Assembly: GCA_020184695.1 (NCBI GenBank)
Contig: JAANOX010000126.1
Coordinates: 310,001-374,000, forward strand
Direction of reading: 5' to 3'
DNA from: Histomonas meleagridis 2922-C6/04-290x
Lineage: Eukaryota; Protista; Parabasalia
DNA length: 64,000 bases
The notes below the pieces were generated by a model. The model did no database searches. It had not been told where the DNA came from and saw nothing but the letters and a program-made list of their open reading frames with translations. The stretch's first letter is position 1, and each line of letters begins with the position of its first letter. Both the position numbers and the translations under genes were made by a program. Shown in pieces: positions 23,020 through 33,316 of the stretch.

Positions 23020-24060
23020 TTATCCTTGAGAATCTTTTAATTTTATTATGTCGTCACATTTATGATGTTGAATTTTGTCTGTAAATAATCGAATAATTTC
23101 TGCATTTTTCTTTTCTGATGATATCATAAGCGCTGTTTTATATGTTTATAAGTAATTCCAAATGTTTATATTAAATTTCATATTTTTTTAAAATATTTTA
23201 AATAAAACAAATAAATATCTTTAGCATTAATATCAATTCCTTCTTGTTCAAGAAGTAATTTAACTATTTCTGTATAACCATTTCTAGATGCGATGATAAG
23301 TGCTGTCCATAATAATTTAAATAATTTCCAAATATTATTTTGAAATATCAAATACTTAAAACAAATATTAAATAAAACAAATAAATATCTTTAGCATTAA
23401 TATCAATATTCTCTTGTTCAAGAAGTAATTTGACTATTTCTGTATGACCATAATAAGATGCTAACATAAGTGCTGTATTAAATAATTTCAATAATTTTCG
23501 AATATTATTTTGAAATACAAAATTATGAAAATAAATTTTAAATAAAACAAATAAATATCTTTAACATTAACATTAATCCCTTTTTGCTCAAGAAGTAATT
23601 TGGCTATATTATTGTAACCACTTGAAGATGCACAAATAAGTGCTGTACCAAATAATTTAAATAATTTCCAAATATTATTTTGAAATATAAAATTATTAAA
23701 TTAAATATTAAATAAAATAAATAAATATTTTTAGCATTAATATCAATTCCTTCTTGTTCAAGAAGTAATTTGACTATTTCTGTATGAACATAATAAGATG
23801 CTAACATAAGTGCTGTATAAAACAATTTAAATAATTTTCATATATTATTTTGAATTTCTAATTTATTAAAATAAATTTCAAATAAAACAAATAAATATTT
23901 TTAGCATTAATATCAATTCCTTCATGTTCAAGAAGTAATTTAACTATTTCTGTATAACCATTTTTTGAAGCATTTGTTAGTGCTAAAAATATTTTAAAAA
24001 AAAATTAAAAATTTTTATGAAACAATGAAATATTTTAATAAAAATCTAATGAAATAAGCA
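23020..24060 (-). repeat. 170-nt tandem array: 102-nt ankyrin cassette + 68-nt intervening sequence
   Basis: First base of the TAL/LAL Thr-position codon at 23986, 23816, 23646, 23476, 23306 and 23136, an exact 170-nt period. Confidence 0.92.
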
Positions 24061-25216
24061 AACAATCTTGCTAAAATCAATGTATCTATTGTTAATTAAA
24101 TAGTTATAAAGTTCCACATTTCCAGAAAAACCCGAAATTTTCAAAAAATCAATAGGAATATGATTACTTTCGAGAAAATATTGAGTAATATATAAATTCC
24201 CTGATATGATTGAAGCAATGAGAATATTTTCATTTATTTTCATTCCTTCTTTAAGTAAAAAAATGATAAAAGTTCATAATTATCATGTAAAACACATTTT
24301 GCTCCTAATTCTTCTAAATTCTTAATTTCTTTTAACTTATTATCATAAAAATATTTAAAGATATCATTTCGATAAAATTCTATCGCTGCTTCATATGCAT
24401 TATCAAATGTTGAATGATTTTGTTCACATAAATGAAGGATTTCTTCATTTCCACCTGCAACTGCATATTTACCTGTTTTATCTAATTTTGCTCCATTCAT
24501 AAGTAAATATTTAAAACATTTAACTGAAGAAAAAAATGCTGCATAATCAATTAATGTAACATTTTTTTGATTAATAAAATCACATCTTTCATAAAGCGAT
24601 GGTTTAATTATTTGATTAAAATCGAAGTTTGTTTCTGATGATATTTCTTGAAGTTTTTCTATTTCATCATTCCGAATTATTTTCGCAATTTCATTCTGAT
24701 TTATTCCTTCTTTAACATATTTCTGATGAAGTTCCCAATTATTCGCTTTAAGTTTTTTTCAAGGTTTTTGGAGAAATATTCAGAAAATTGATAACAATAA
24801 TTTAAAACGAAATGTGCTTTAAAAATGTGAAAAATAAATTTTTTTCATATTTTTTTAGTAATCGACAAGTTAATGAAACCTTTTTCTATCAACTTTCCGA
24901 TAAGATAATTAGATTCTTGTGAGTTATTTTTCCGAAGGAATTGAGAAAAGATGTCAATTATTTTAACTTGATTTTTATTTACATCTCGTTCAATTAAATT
25001 CAAAAACTCAATAATTATATCTATATTTTTCAGTCTTGTTACAAACAAAGTGTAAATGAAACGGCAGATGATCAAGTTGAATGAATACGTTCGTGAATTA
25101 TCATAAAATTTCCTTAATGAAGAAACAGATGTATCAAGATTGTTTGTATTTATGTTATAAATTATTTCTGTAAGTGCAATTAAGTCTGGAAAGGAATTTA
25201 TCTTTGATGTGCTCAT
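23020..25216 (-). CDS. Interrupted ankyrin-repeat gene with DUF3447-type N-terminal region (locus 1)
   Basis: The N-terminal part is paralogous to 29887-31149 (EIAKIIRNDEIEKLQEISS, VTLIDYAAFFSS.KCFKYLL, GKYAVAGGNEE). It is broken by a TGA (24845) and two 1-nt homopolymer shifts (A7 near 24755, T7 near 24260). Six ankyrin cassettes follow, separated by inserts, and the last cassette runs to TAA at 23020. Confidence 0.6.
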
Positions 25217-25465
25217 TCCAATGCTATTAAATAATACTGGAAAAAATTTTAATGGACATGTGACATGAATTTTTATATAAAATTATAATAAATAAAAACA
25301 TAGAATGAACTTCATGATGAAATCCATTCACATATTTAATTTTATTTGGAATACTTAAATTTTCATTATTCATTAAAACTTTATTATCTTTCTGCCATCC
25401 CAAAGGCAGCTCATCATTGATCTCATATACTTGAAGTTTTTCATTAAAATAATACATTCTCTAGT

Positions 25466-27140
25466 TAATAATTTGTCTTATTTTGGATTTGATTTTTGCT
25501 TTCGGCAAAAATCAAATCATCCCAGGTCAAAAAAAGAAAGTTAATCTTCAATTAATTCATATAGTTCAAGAACAAAGGGGGTTATAGTCAAATTTGAATA
25601 GTAGGACGAATAAAAATCACACAATTATCATATATCGTTTCCGATAACGAAATCGTCAATGAGGGGATATTGATTTTTTCTAGGAGAATATGTAAAATTG
25701 ATCATTATATATTAACTACAAATAATTTCTGTTGCGGATTATAAAATATTTTGAATCTGAATTAAAGACATGAATCAAAAAAAAAAAAAAAAAAAAATTA
25801 CATAATTTGATATGAATAGCATAAAATAAGATTTTAAGAATGGGTTTTTTGCTATCGGCAAAAAACATATCCTAGGTCAAAAAGAATCATAGTAAATTTA
25901 CTATTCATGAATTACATCGTTATCGGTTAACGATCTATTTGTAGTCAAATTTGAATAGAAGAACGAACAAAAATCATTCAATCAGTTGAAAAGAAAATAG
26001 ACAATAAAAGGATAATTTTGTCATATAAGATTCGGGAAAAGATTAATACACAGGATGACTGATAATTTTTCAATTGGTTTTAAATTATCATGCGAAGGGG
26101 GAAAAAAGTGCTCTTGAAAAAATTCAAATATAAAAAAACTGTTATTCTATTTAAAAAAGTTATCGTTAGAAAGTTTTGTATCGTTTGTACCAATATATGG
26201 CCGAATGTGCATTCACATATCGAAAATAACTTATATACGAAAATTACATGAATATGCCATCAATATATCTGAATTTTTTTGAGTTTATTAATATTTGATA
26301 GGTTTGAAAAGAATTTTACATCAAGATTTTATATAATTAAATATAATAAATGATATTTCATCATTTTTCAAATAATTTCTGAATTTTTAATTTCTTAATA
26401 GATTAAGATATTATTCTTAGTTTTTTATTAATCATAGATGCAACAATGTATTTATATATGATATATCCATAATATCAAGATCGGAGGGTGATCGCTATAT
26501 ACGATTATAATCCGATTATAAGTTATTGATATCATTTTACATGTTCAAGCGGTTCGAAGTCAAATTTGAATGAGTGGACGAATAAAAATCACTCAATCAG
26601 CTCGTATCGTTTTCAAAGACAATTTCAGAATAAAACATGCTCAAGAAACGGTGGTATCGAATCATATTTGGAAAAATAGAGGAGAAATCAACATCATTAC
26701 ATAGAATGTACAATAAATTGAAAAATGTAATATATTCAAAATTTGAAAGCACATGGATAATATGAGATAAAAAAAATCGATAAATGTATCTCAAGTCAGA
26801 ATTTTAAAGATAATTTGCAAATTGCATTTGTATAAATATTTATATTGTATGAAATCGTTATGTTCAGAAAAAAATTTATAGTTTGTACCAAGATATTTCA
26901 AGAATGGACTCATACAGAAACTATTTTATTGATTATAAATTATTAATCAGGTTAAATAAGTACATCATCAAGGTATTACGAAAATTATCACATCATTCAT
27001 TTTTTCAATAAATTTATAAATTCAAGAAAATCAAGATTTCATATAATTATTTGGAATAAATAACAAATCACGATTCTATGATAAAATATCAATATTTTTA
27101 TTTTTCAACAAACCAAGAATAAATTTTTTGGCTGTTGACA
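25466..27140 (+). repeat. Dispersed ~1.6 kb non-coding repeat, copy A, with internal sub-repeats and hairpins
   Basis: Collinear reverse-complement similarity to 39180-40713; copy A has ~220 extra nt near 26555-26775. A perfect 14-bp stem lies at 25486-25518. Confidence 0.8.
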
Positions 27141-27194
27141 AATTACAATGATGTCAATAAATAACGTATCTTTTTGAGGAAATTGTAAAATTTT

Positions 27195-27225
27195 GATGGG
27201 TGGAAATCGCAAGTCGAGTTTAATA
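27195..27225 (+). repeat. 31-bp motif GATGGGTGGAAATCGCAAGTCGAGTTTAATA, copy 1
   Basis: Identical reverse-complement copy at 41883-41913. Confidence 0.9.
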
Positions 27226-27543
27226 CTATAGTATTAATTGAATTGGAAAAACCGTTTTTTATCAATGAAAAATGTTATCGTACATTTAAAACATAAAAAG
27301 AAAAAAAATGAAATAGAAGCATTAAATAGAACATTAATTAAATAACAATAAAAATGGATTCCTTATTGTTCCGAAATCATAAGAATCAATATGAAAATAA
27401 TCATAAAATCATAAGCATAAATGTTCACAAAAATACACAAATTATACCTTCAATTGATAATATAAAAATAAACTGCTGATTTATTTATTGGTTACGAGAT
27501 GTATTTTAGGTGAATATGTATAATATAATATTTTGTACAATGT

Positions 27544-28008
27544 TTATCCACGGCGAAGAATAAGATATATCCCTTTATCAGTTTTAAATGGATGTGATGT
27601 TTCACCAATTTTTAATTGCCATGCTGTTTTTTCAAACTTTTCATCAAATTTTCCCCAAACAACCCATCCTAACTCTCCATCTCTTTCTCTTGTCTCTGGG
27701 TCGTCTGAGTATTTATTAGCCATTTCAGGAAAACTACTATCACCTTTCTGAAGTTCTGAAAAAATTTGTTCAGCCAAAGAACGCGCCTCGTCTAATGTCC
27801 TAGAAATACCATCACCACCAAGCGAACCCTTGTATTTTATCAATATGCAAAAAAGATACATTGCTGGTGGCCATGGCTTTTTTGGATCTGTTCCAGGATA
27901 TCTTACAGGGCGAATCCACTGACTCTCATGTGTTTCCGAATTAAAGTAATAGCATCTTCCGGGGTATTTTTTGCTTTCCCTTATCTCCCAAGGATGAGGC
28001 AGCTCCAT
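27544..28008 (-). CDS. PIN1: Pin1-like protein (WW domain + parvulin domain)
   Basis: LPHPWEIRESKKYPGRCYYFNSETHESQWIRP WW domain. The parvulin part has ISRTLDEAR, SFPEMANKYSDD, GELGW and PFKTDKGIYLILR. Confidence 0.8.
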   Translation of the reverse strand: MELPHPWEIRESKKYPGRCYYFNSETHESQWIRPVRYPGTDPKKPWPPAMYLFCILIKYKGSLGGDGISRTLDEARSLAEQIFSELQKGDSSFPEMANKYSDDPETRERDGELGWVVWGKFDEKFEKTAWQLKIGETSHPFKTDKGIYLILRRG

Positions 28009-28114
28009 TATAAATTGACTGACTTTGTTCGTTTTAGGCGAAAAAATTTTTTGTTTTCCTTGAAAATCATCGAATACAAATCTTTCGAAAACTCTAAAGC
28101 AAAATATTTTATTT

Positions 28115-28900
28115 TTAGATTTTTTCAGTTGCTTCGAACAAGTCCTTTAAGACAATTGATGGATGTAAATTTTCTTTAACCGTTTCAGTGATTCCAGTCA
28201 TCACCAAAGCAGACTTTGCACCAATTTTCTTCGCATATTCGATGTCGTGTTCACTGTCGCCGATCACCAAAATACTTTCATAATCTTTAAGATTTATTGG
28301 TAATTCAACATTTTCAGGCTTACCTATGATCATTGGATCAACATAAGATGGAACCTTTATGCTAGTAGCAAATGTATATGGACCAGGAATTATTGTATCG
28401 GAATTCCATGGAAATTGAGAATCTTTACCAACGCAATAAAATTTACACTTCTGCTCAATAACATACCTTGTCCCAATTGAAGCATGAAGGAAGCAGAAAT
28501 CAAAATCTTCTGCAACTAATATTGCAGTCACTTTTGGATTCAAAGGAATTTCTTCAATTTTGCAATTAAGATGATCTTTAGTTGTGATGACTTCGAACCC
28601 AAACGATTTTAATTCTTCAACAAAAGAAGCACAACCTAATACATAAATTGTTGAATGATTATCGGTCTTTAATTGTTTAGCTGCCATTTTAGCTCCATCA
28701 ACAATATCGCACTCATCAATATCAATTTTGTTTTCGAGAAGTTTCGAATGTAATTGTTGTGTGGAAAATCTTGTTGAATTTGTAAGTAGTAAAACCTTGT
28801 AATTGTTTTCGCGGAGGTGTTCAATGAGTTGTGTTGAGCCAGGAATAAAAGAATCGCCCTTGATCAGAGTTCCCTCCAAATCAACCAATGCAACCTTCAT
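28115..28900 (-). CDS. HAD-superfamily subfamily IIA hydrolase (NagD/PGP-like)
   Basis: Motif I DLEGTL, LTNS, GKP and IGDSEHD. Confidence 0.85.
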   Translation of the reverse strand: MKVALVDLEGTLIKGDSFIPGSTQLIEHLRENNYKVLLLTNSTRFSTQQLHSKLLENKIDIDECDIVDGAKMAAKQLKTDNHSTIYVLGCASFVEELKSFGFEVITTKDHLNCKIEEIPLNPKVTAILVAEDFDFCFLHASIGTRYVIEQKCKFYCVGKDSQFPWNSDTIIPGPYTFATSIKVPSYVDPMIIGKPENVELPINLKDYESILVIGDSEHDIEYAKKIGAKSALVMTGITETVKENLHPSIVLKDLFEATEKI

Positions 28901-28905
28901 ATAAT

Positions 28906-28938
28906 GTCACTTTTTTGTGTGACGATAAGTGTCACTTT
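28906..28938 (-). promoter_or_regulatory. Two AAAGTGAC (trichomonad M2-like) motifs just upstream of the HAD gene
   Basis: GTCACTTT at 28906-28913 and 28931-28938 on the plus strand. The same octamer lies upstream of the C2 gene (~20645) and the kelch gene (~33277). Confidence 0.5.
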
Positions 28939-28956
28939 TATTTTATGAAACGGTTT

Positions 28957-29823
28957 TTAAGTTTTGTCTGATTCAAGAAGATATTGAATAGCTTCAGAGG
29001 AATCGGTGTAGTTTTCATGAATCATTCTTATGTGTAATAGCTTGGAATATATTTTATCAATTGAGGATTTTGGGAAATTTTTGTTTTCATCATTATTTGA
29101 TATAACATTAAATTCGTTATTATTATTGTTTAGTGTGGATTGTGAAACTCTGTTTTCGGAGGTTTTTATTTCTTTGTGCTTCTGTTTATTTAGTCTTTCT
29201 TTGCTTTTTTCAACGAAATCATTTTCTTTTGATCCACTTAATTCTTTCTCTTCGGTAAAGGATTCATCAGAAGGTATAAAGTTTTTATGCGCTCTTTGAT
29301 TTATTATTGAATTTGAGATGTGAGATTCAATTTGATTTTTGATGTGTTCCTTTTGGTCCAACAAAGTTTTTGGTGATATCTCAGTGACGCCTGTTTGGGG
29401 TGAATTACTATCATTGATTGAACTTATTGAATAATCATCAAGAGATATGATTTGGTGTTGAGAGCTCATAAAAACTTCAAATTCCATTGTCTTTGTCTGC
29501 TTTAATTGAGCTGATGAACAGCATTTGCTTGATGTATTGAGTTGAGATATATTTGGATTCATGAGTGAAATTAATAACTCTTCTGATTGGCTTAACGTAT
29601 CATGCAAATCAGTTAGTTTAATTGGCGAATTTGATTGTGATAATGATTTACATACTTCAATCTCTTGTATTAAAACTATTCCGAGTTTCCTATTCCAATT
29701 TCTAAAATATTTATTTAACAAGTTTTTTTGATATTTTTTCTGAAATGCTTCAAAAAGATGCTTATTGTAACGAGAAGTAGGATTGTTTTTTAGCTTTGAT
29801 TTTGGTGAATAAGTGTGTTTCAT
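28957..29823 (-). CDS. Hypothetical low-complexity (Ser/Asn/Lys-rich) protein
   Basis: Long open frame; first ATG at 29823. No domain recognised. Confidence 0.55.
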   Translation of the reverse strand: MKHTYSPKSKLKNNPTSRYNKHLFEAFQKKYQKNLLNKYFRNWNRKLGIVLIQEIEVCKSLSQSNSPIKLTDLHDTLSQSEELLISLMNPNISQLNTSSKCCSSAQLKQTKTMEFEVFMSSQHQIISLDDYSISSINDSNSPQTGVTEISPKTLLDQKEHIKNQIESHISNSIINQRAHKNFIPSDESFTEEKELSGSKENDFVEKSKERLNKQKHKEIKTSENRVSQSTLNNNNNEFNVISNNDENKNFPKSSIDKIYSKLLHIRMIHENYTDSSEAIQYLLESDKT

Positions 29824-29886
29824 TTTTTTCAAAATACGTTAAGAGCTTTTAGCAAAAATTTTCAATTACTTTCAGAAAGAGAACAA

Positions 29887-32765
29887 ATGTTAAACATACA
29901 AGAAAAAACAGGTGTAAATGTTTTAAGGTGTAATGAATGTTCTGATTGTACGATTAAGTTACTAATATCACTCAAGCAAATTATATTTAATTTAAGTGAA
30001 GAAAACTTTGATTTTTCATTGCAAAATACCATAAAATTATTTGATGCAAATTTTCCACATTCATATAATTTAGTTATTAATAATTTAGTTTATTATGCTT
30101 TTTATTCAAAGAAAACTTTAAATATCGATTTGTACATAGATTATTTAGAATCAATTCAAAATAAAGAAGAAGAAATCTACAAAAAGAAACTAAAAATTAT
30201 AAAATCTTTTGGAAATTATTTAATTAAAACTCAAGAATTTCGGCAAGAAGCATATTATTTAATTGAGAAAATGATTGAACGAAATTTACTTAATAAAAAT
30301 ATTACCAAAAACCTCGGATTAGATTATTTTGTGCATTACAAAAAGGAAATTTATAGAAAGCCAAATTTTGACATGTATTTAAAAGAAAACTATGAAGAAC
30401 TATCTAAGAATGACTTTGCGATTCATAAGAAATTAATTAAAGAAGGAGTTAATCCATATGAAATTGCGAAAATAATACGAAATGATGAAATCGAAAAACT
30501 TCAAGAAATATCATCACAGACAAATTTTGATTATAATCAAACAATTCCAAAATCACATTATGAAAGATATTCATTTATTAATTCAGAAAATGTTACATTA
30601 ATTGATTATGCAGCATTTTTTTCTTCAATTAAATGTTTTAAATATTTACTTATTAATGGTTCTGATATAGGAGATACAGGTAAATATGCAGTCGCAGGTG
30701 GAAATGAAGAACTTATTCATTTATGCGAGCAAAATAATTCATCATTTAATTATGCATATGAAACAGCAATTGAGTTCCATCGAAATGATATCTTTAAATA
30801 TCTTTATGAAAATAATTTGGGGAAATATCCATATTTGCATGATGGAGAAGAAATTTTGGATGAATTAGGAAAGAAATGTATAACTTCTTTTAATATTGAA
30901 GCTCTTTTATACTTAAAAGAACATGGAATGGAAATTAATGGTATAATTATTAATGAAGCAGCAATAACAGGGAATATATATCTTATTAAACATTTTCTCC
31001 AAAATAATCAAATTCCAAGAAATATCTTAGTATTTGCAACAGGATCAAGAAATATTGAGCCTGTTAAATATATTTTAGAACAAAAAGGAATTGATATTAA
31101 TGCTAAAAATATTTATTTGTTTTATTTAGAATTTATTTTAATAATTTGATATTCCAAAATAATATTTGGAAATTATTTAAATTATTTCAAACAGCACTTA
31201 TTTTGGCATCTAGAAATGGTTATACAGAAATAGTTAAAATACTTCTTGAACAAGAAGGAATTGATATTAATGCCAAAAATATTTATTTGTTTTATTTAGA
31301 ATTTATTTTAATAATTTGATATTCCAAAATAATATTTGGAAATTATTTAAATTATTTAATACAGCACTTATAGAAGCATCTTATTGGGGAAAAACTGAAA
31401 TTGTCAAATTACTTCTTAAATACAAAGAAATTGATGTTAATGCCGAAGGTATTTATTAACTTTTTAATATATTTATTTTAAATTTTTGATAGTTCAAAAT
31501 AATATTTAGAAATTTTTTAAATTTGATACGGCACTTAAAATTGCATCTTACAAAGGATATACAAAAATCGTTAAATTACTTCTTGAACAAAAAGAAATTG
31601 ATATTAATGCTAAAAATATAATTTATTTTAATATTTTTATATTTTAAAATAATATTTGGAAACTATTTAAATTATTTGATACGGCACTTAGATCTGCATC
31701 ATTTCAAGGCAACGCAAAAATCGTTAAATTACTTCTTGCACATAAAGATATTGATATTAATGCTAAAGATATTTATTTGTTTTATTTAAAATTTTTATTA
31801 ACGATTTTGGATTTCAAAATAATATTTGGAAACTACTTACATTATTTGAAACAGCACTTATGATTGCATCACAAAATGGTAATACAAAAACAGTTAAAAT
31901 ACTTCTTGAACAAGATGGAATTGATGTTAATTTTGAAGACATTAATATTTTTTATTTGATGATGGTATTTATGTTTCAAAATAATATTATTTGTATATAA
32001 ATTTTTGATAAAAATGTTCTTTTCACTACAAAAATAGGAATGCTTAAAATACTACTCAAAAAAATTGATATAAATGTTAGAGATATTTGTTTATTTTGTT
32101 TCATATTTATTTTAATTATAAATTCAGTATTTCTATTTTATGTTTCAAAATTATTTTCAAGAAATTTTCATATTATTTCGAACGGCACTTATTTGGGCAT
32201 CTGAAAAAGGTTATATAACAGTCGTTAAATTTCTTCTTGAACAAAAGGGAATTGATATTAATGCTAAAGATATTTATTTGTTTTGCTTTATGAATGTTTT
32301 AATAATTCTGGATTTCAAAATAATATTTAAAAATTATCCAAATTATTTAAAACAGCACTTATATATACATCTAAAAATGGTCATATAGAAATCGTCAAAT
32401 TACTTCTTGAACAAAAAGGAATTGATATTAATGCTAAAGATATTTATTTGTTTTGCTTTATAAATGTTTTAATAATTCTTGATTTAAAAATAATATTTAA
32501 AAATTATCCAAATTATTTAAAACAGCACTTATATATACATCTAAAAATGGTCATACAGAAATAGTTAATTTACTTCTTCAACAAGAAGGAATTGATACTA
32601 ACACTGAAGGAATTTATTTTGATTATTTTATATTTCAAAATAATATTTGAAACTTATTTAAATAATTTTACGGTTTTGAAGATATTTTTGAACATATATA
32701 ATGAAGTCAATGATGTAAAAGGGTTGATTTTTTTTCACCCTGGAGGAAAATTGACCCAGAGTTAA
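29887..32765 (+). CDS. Interrupted ankyrin-repeat gene with DUF3447-type N-terminal region (locus 2)
   Basis: Intact ORF from ATG 29887 to the TGA inside the first insert (31147-31149), followed by nine ankyrin cassettes separated by inserts. The terminal segment 32670-32765 is tentative. Confidence 0.7.
31087..32660 (+). repeat. Tandem ankyrin cassettes each followed by an AT-rich intervening sequence
   Basis: Thr-position codons at 31191, 31361, 31528, 31681, 31851, (32010), 32182, 32352 and 32522. Inserts are about 68, 68, 65, 51, 68, 57, 85, 68 and 68 nt. Confidence 0.92.
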
Positions 32766-33316
32766 ATTTCTGTGTTAATGTATGTAAACAACAACTTTTA
32801 TTATAATTGTTTGTGTTATTTTGTAGTTATTATTATAACACTACTTATAGTGTTATTAAATGGATTTCGAAACAAAAAATTAGATAATATTAAATATGAG
32901 TGTACAGAACAAAATGTAAACGAATAAGAAACTGAAATAAAATTGGCTGATGATTTCAAAGAAGAAAACTTTATGGAACATATGTAAATTTGTTTAAATT
33001 TTAAATAAATAATAAAACAATATATTCAATATTCAGATCATTAATTTTATTTTAGATTAAGTATTAAACTTTACAAATAAGTAATCATATAATTATATAA
33101 TTAGTCATTGTGAAGTTATTTTATAACATTAATTAATGAAGCTTTTATTATTTTGAGTACTATATAACATAAATACACTTTAAAATAAATATAAAAGACA
33201 TTTTATATGGTTTAGTACACTTGACTCCTCATGTACAATTCTTTATTTATATATTTATTTTAAACAGATTTCTTTTGTCACTTTTATACAAATAAACGTT
33301 TTCTTGTCTCATTGGG

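Noticed and set aside
24240-24850. Programmed frameshifting in the N-terminal part of ankyrin locus 1
   Set aside because: Both shifts are single-base shortfalls in 7-nt homopolymers (A7, T7) and the paralogue at 29887 is continuous there. Long-read assembly error or ordinary decay is more likely.
31108-31191. -1 ribosomal frameshift or stop readthrough as the explanation for the ankyrin inserts
   Set aside because: The -1 frame is open in the first two inserts only. Others need 0 or +1 shifts or have stops in both frames, and there is no canonical slippery heptamer.
31108-31193. U12-type AT-AC introns (ATATTT...AC)
   Set aside because: Excising AT...AC breaks the frame and removes the conserved Thr; no TCCTTAAC branch site.
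23020-32660. CRISPR array interpretation of the 170-nt periodic repeats
   Set aside because: Eukaryotic context; the conserved part encodes ankyrin repeats; no cas genes.
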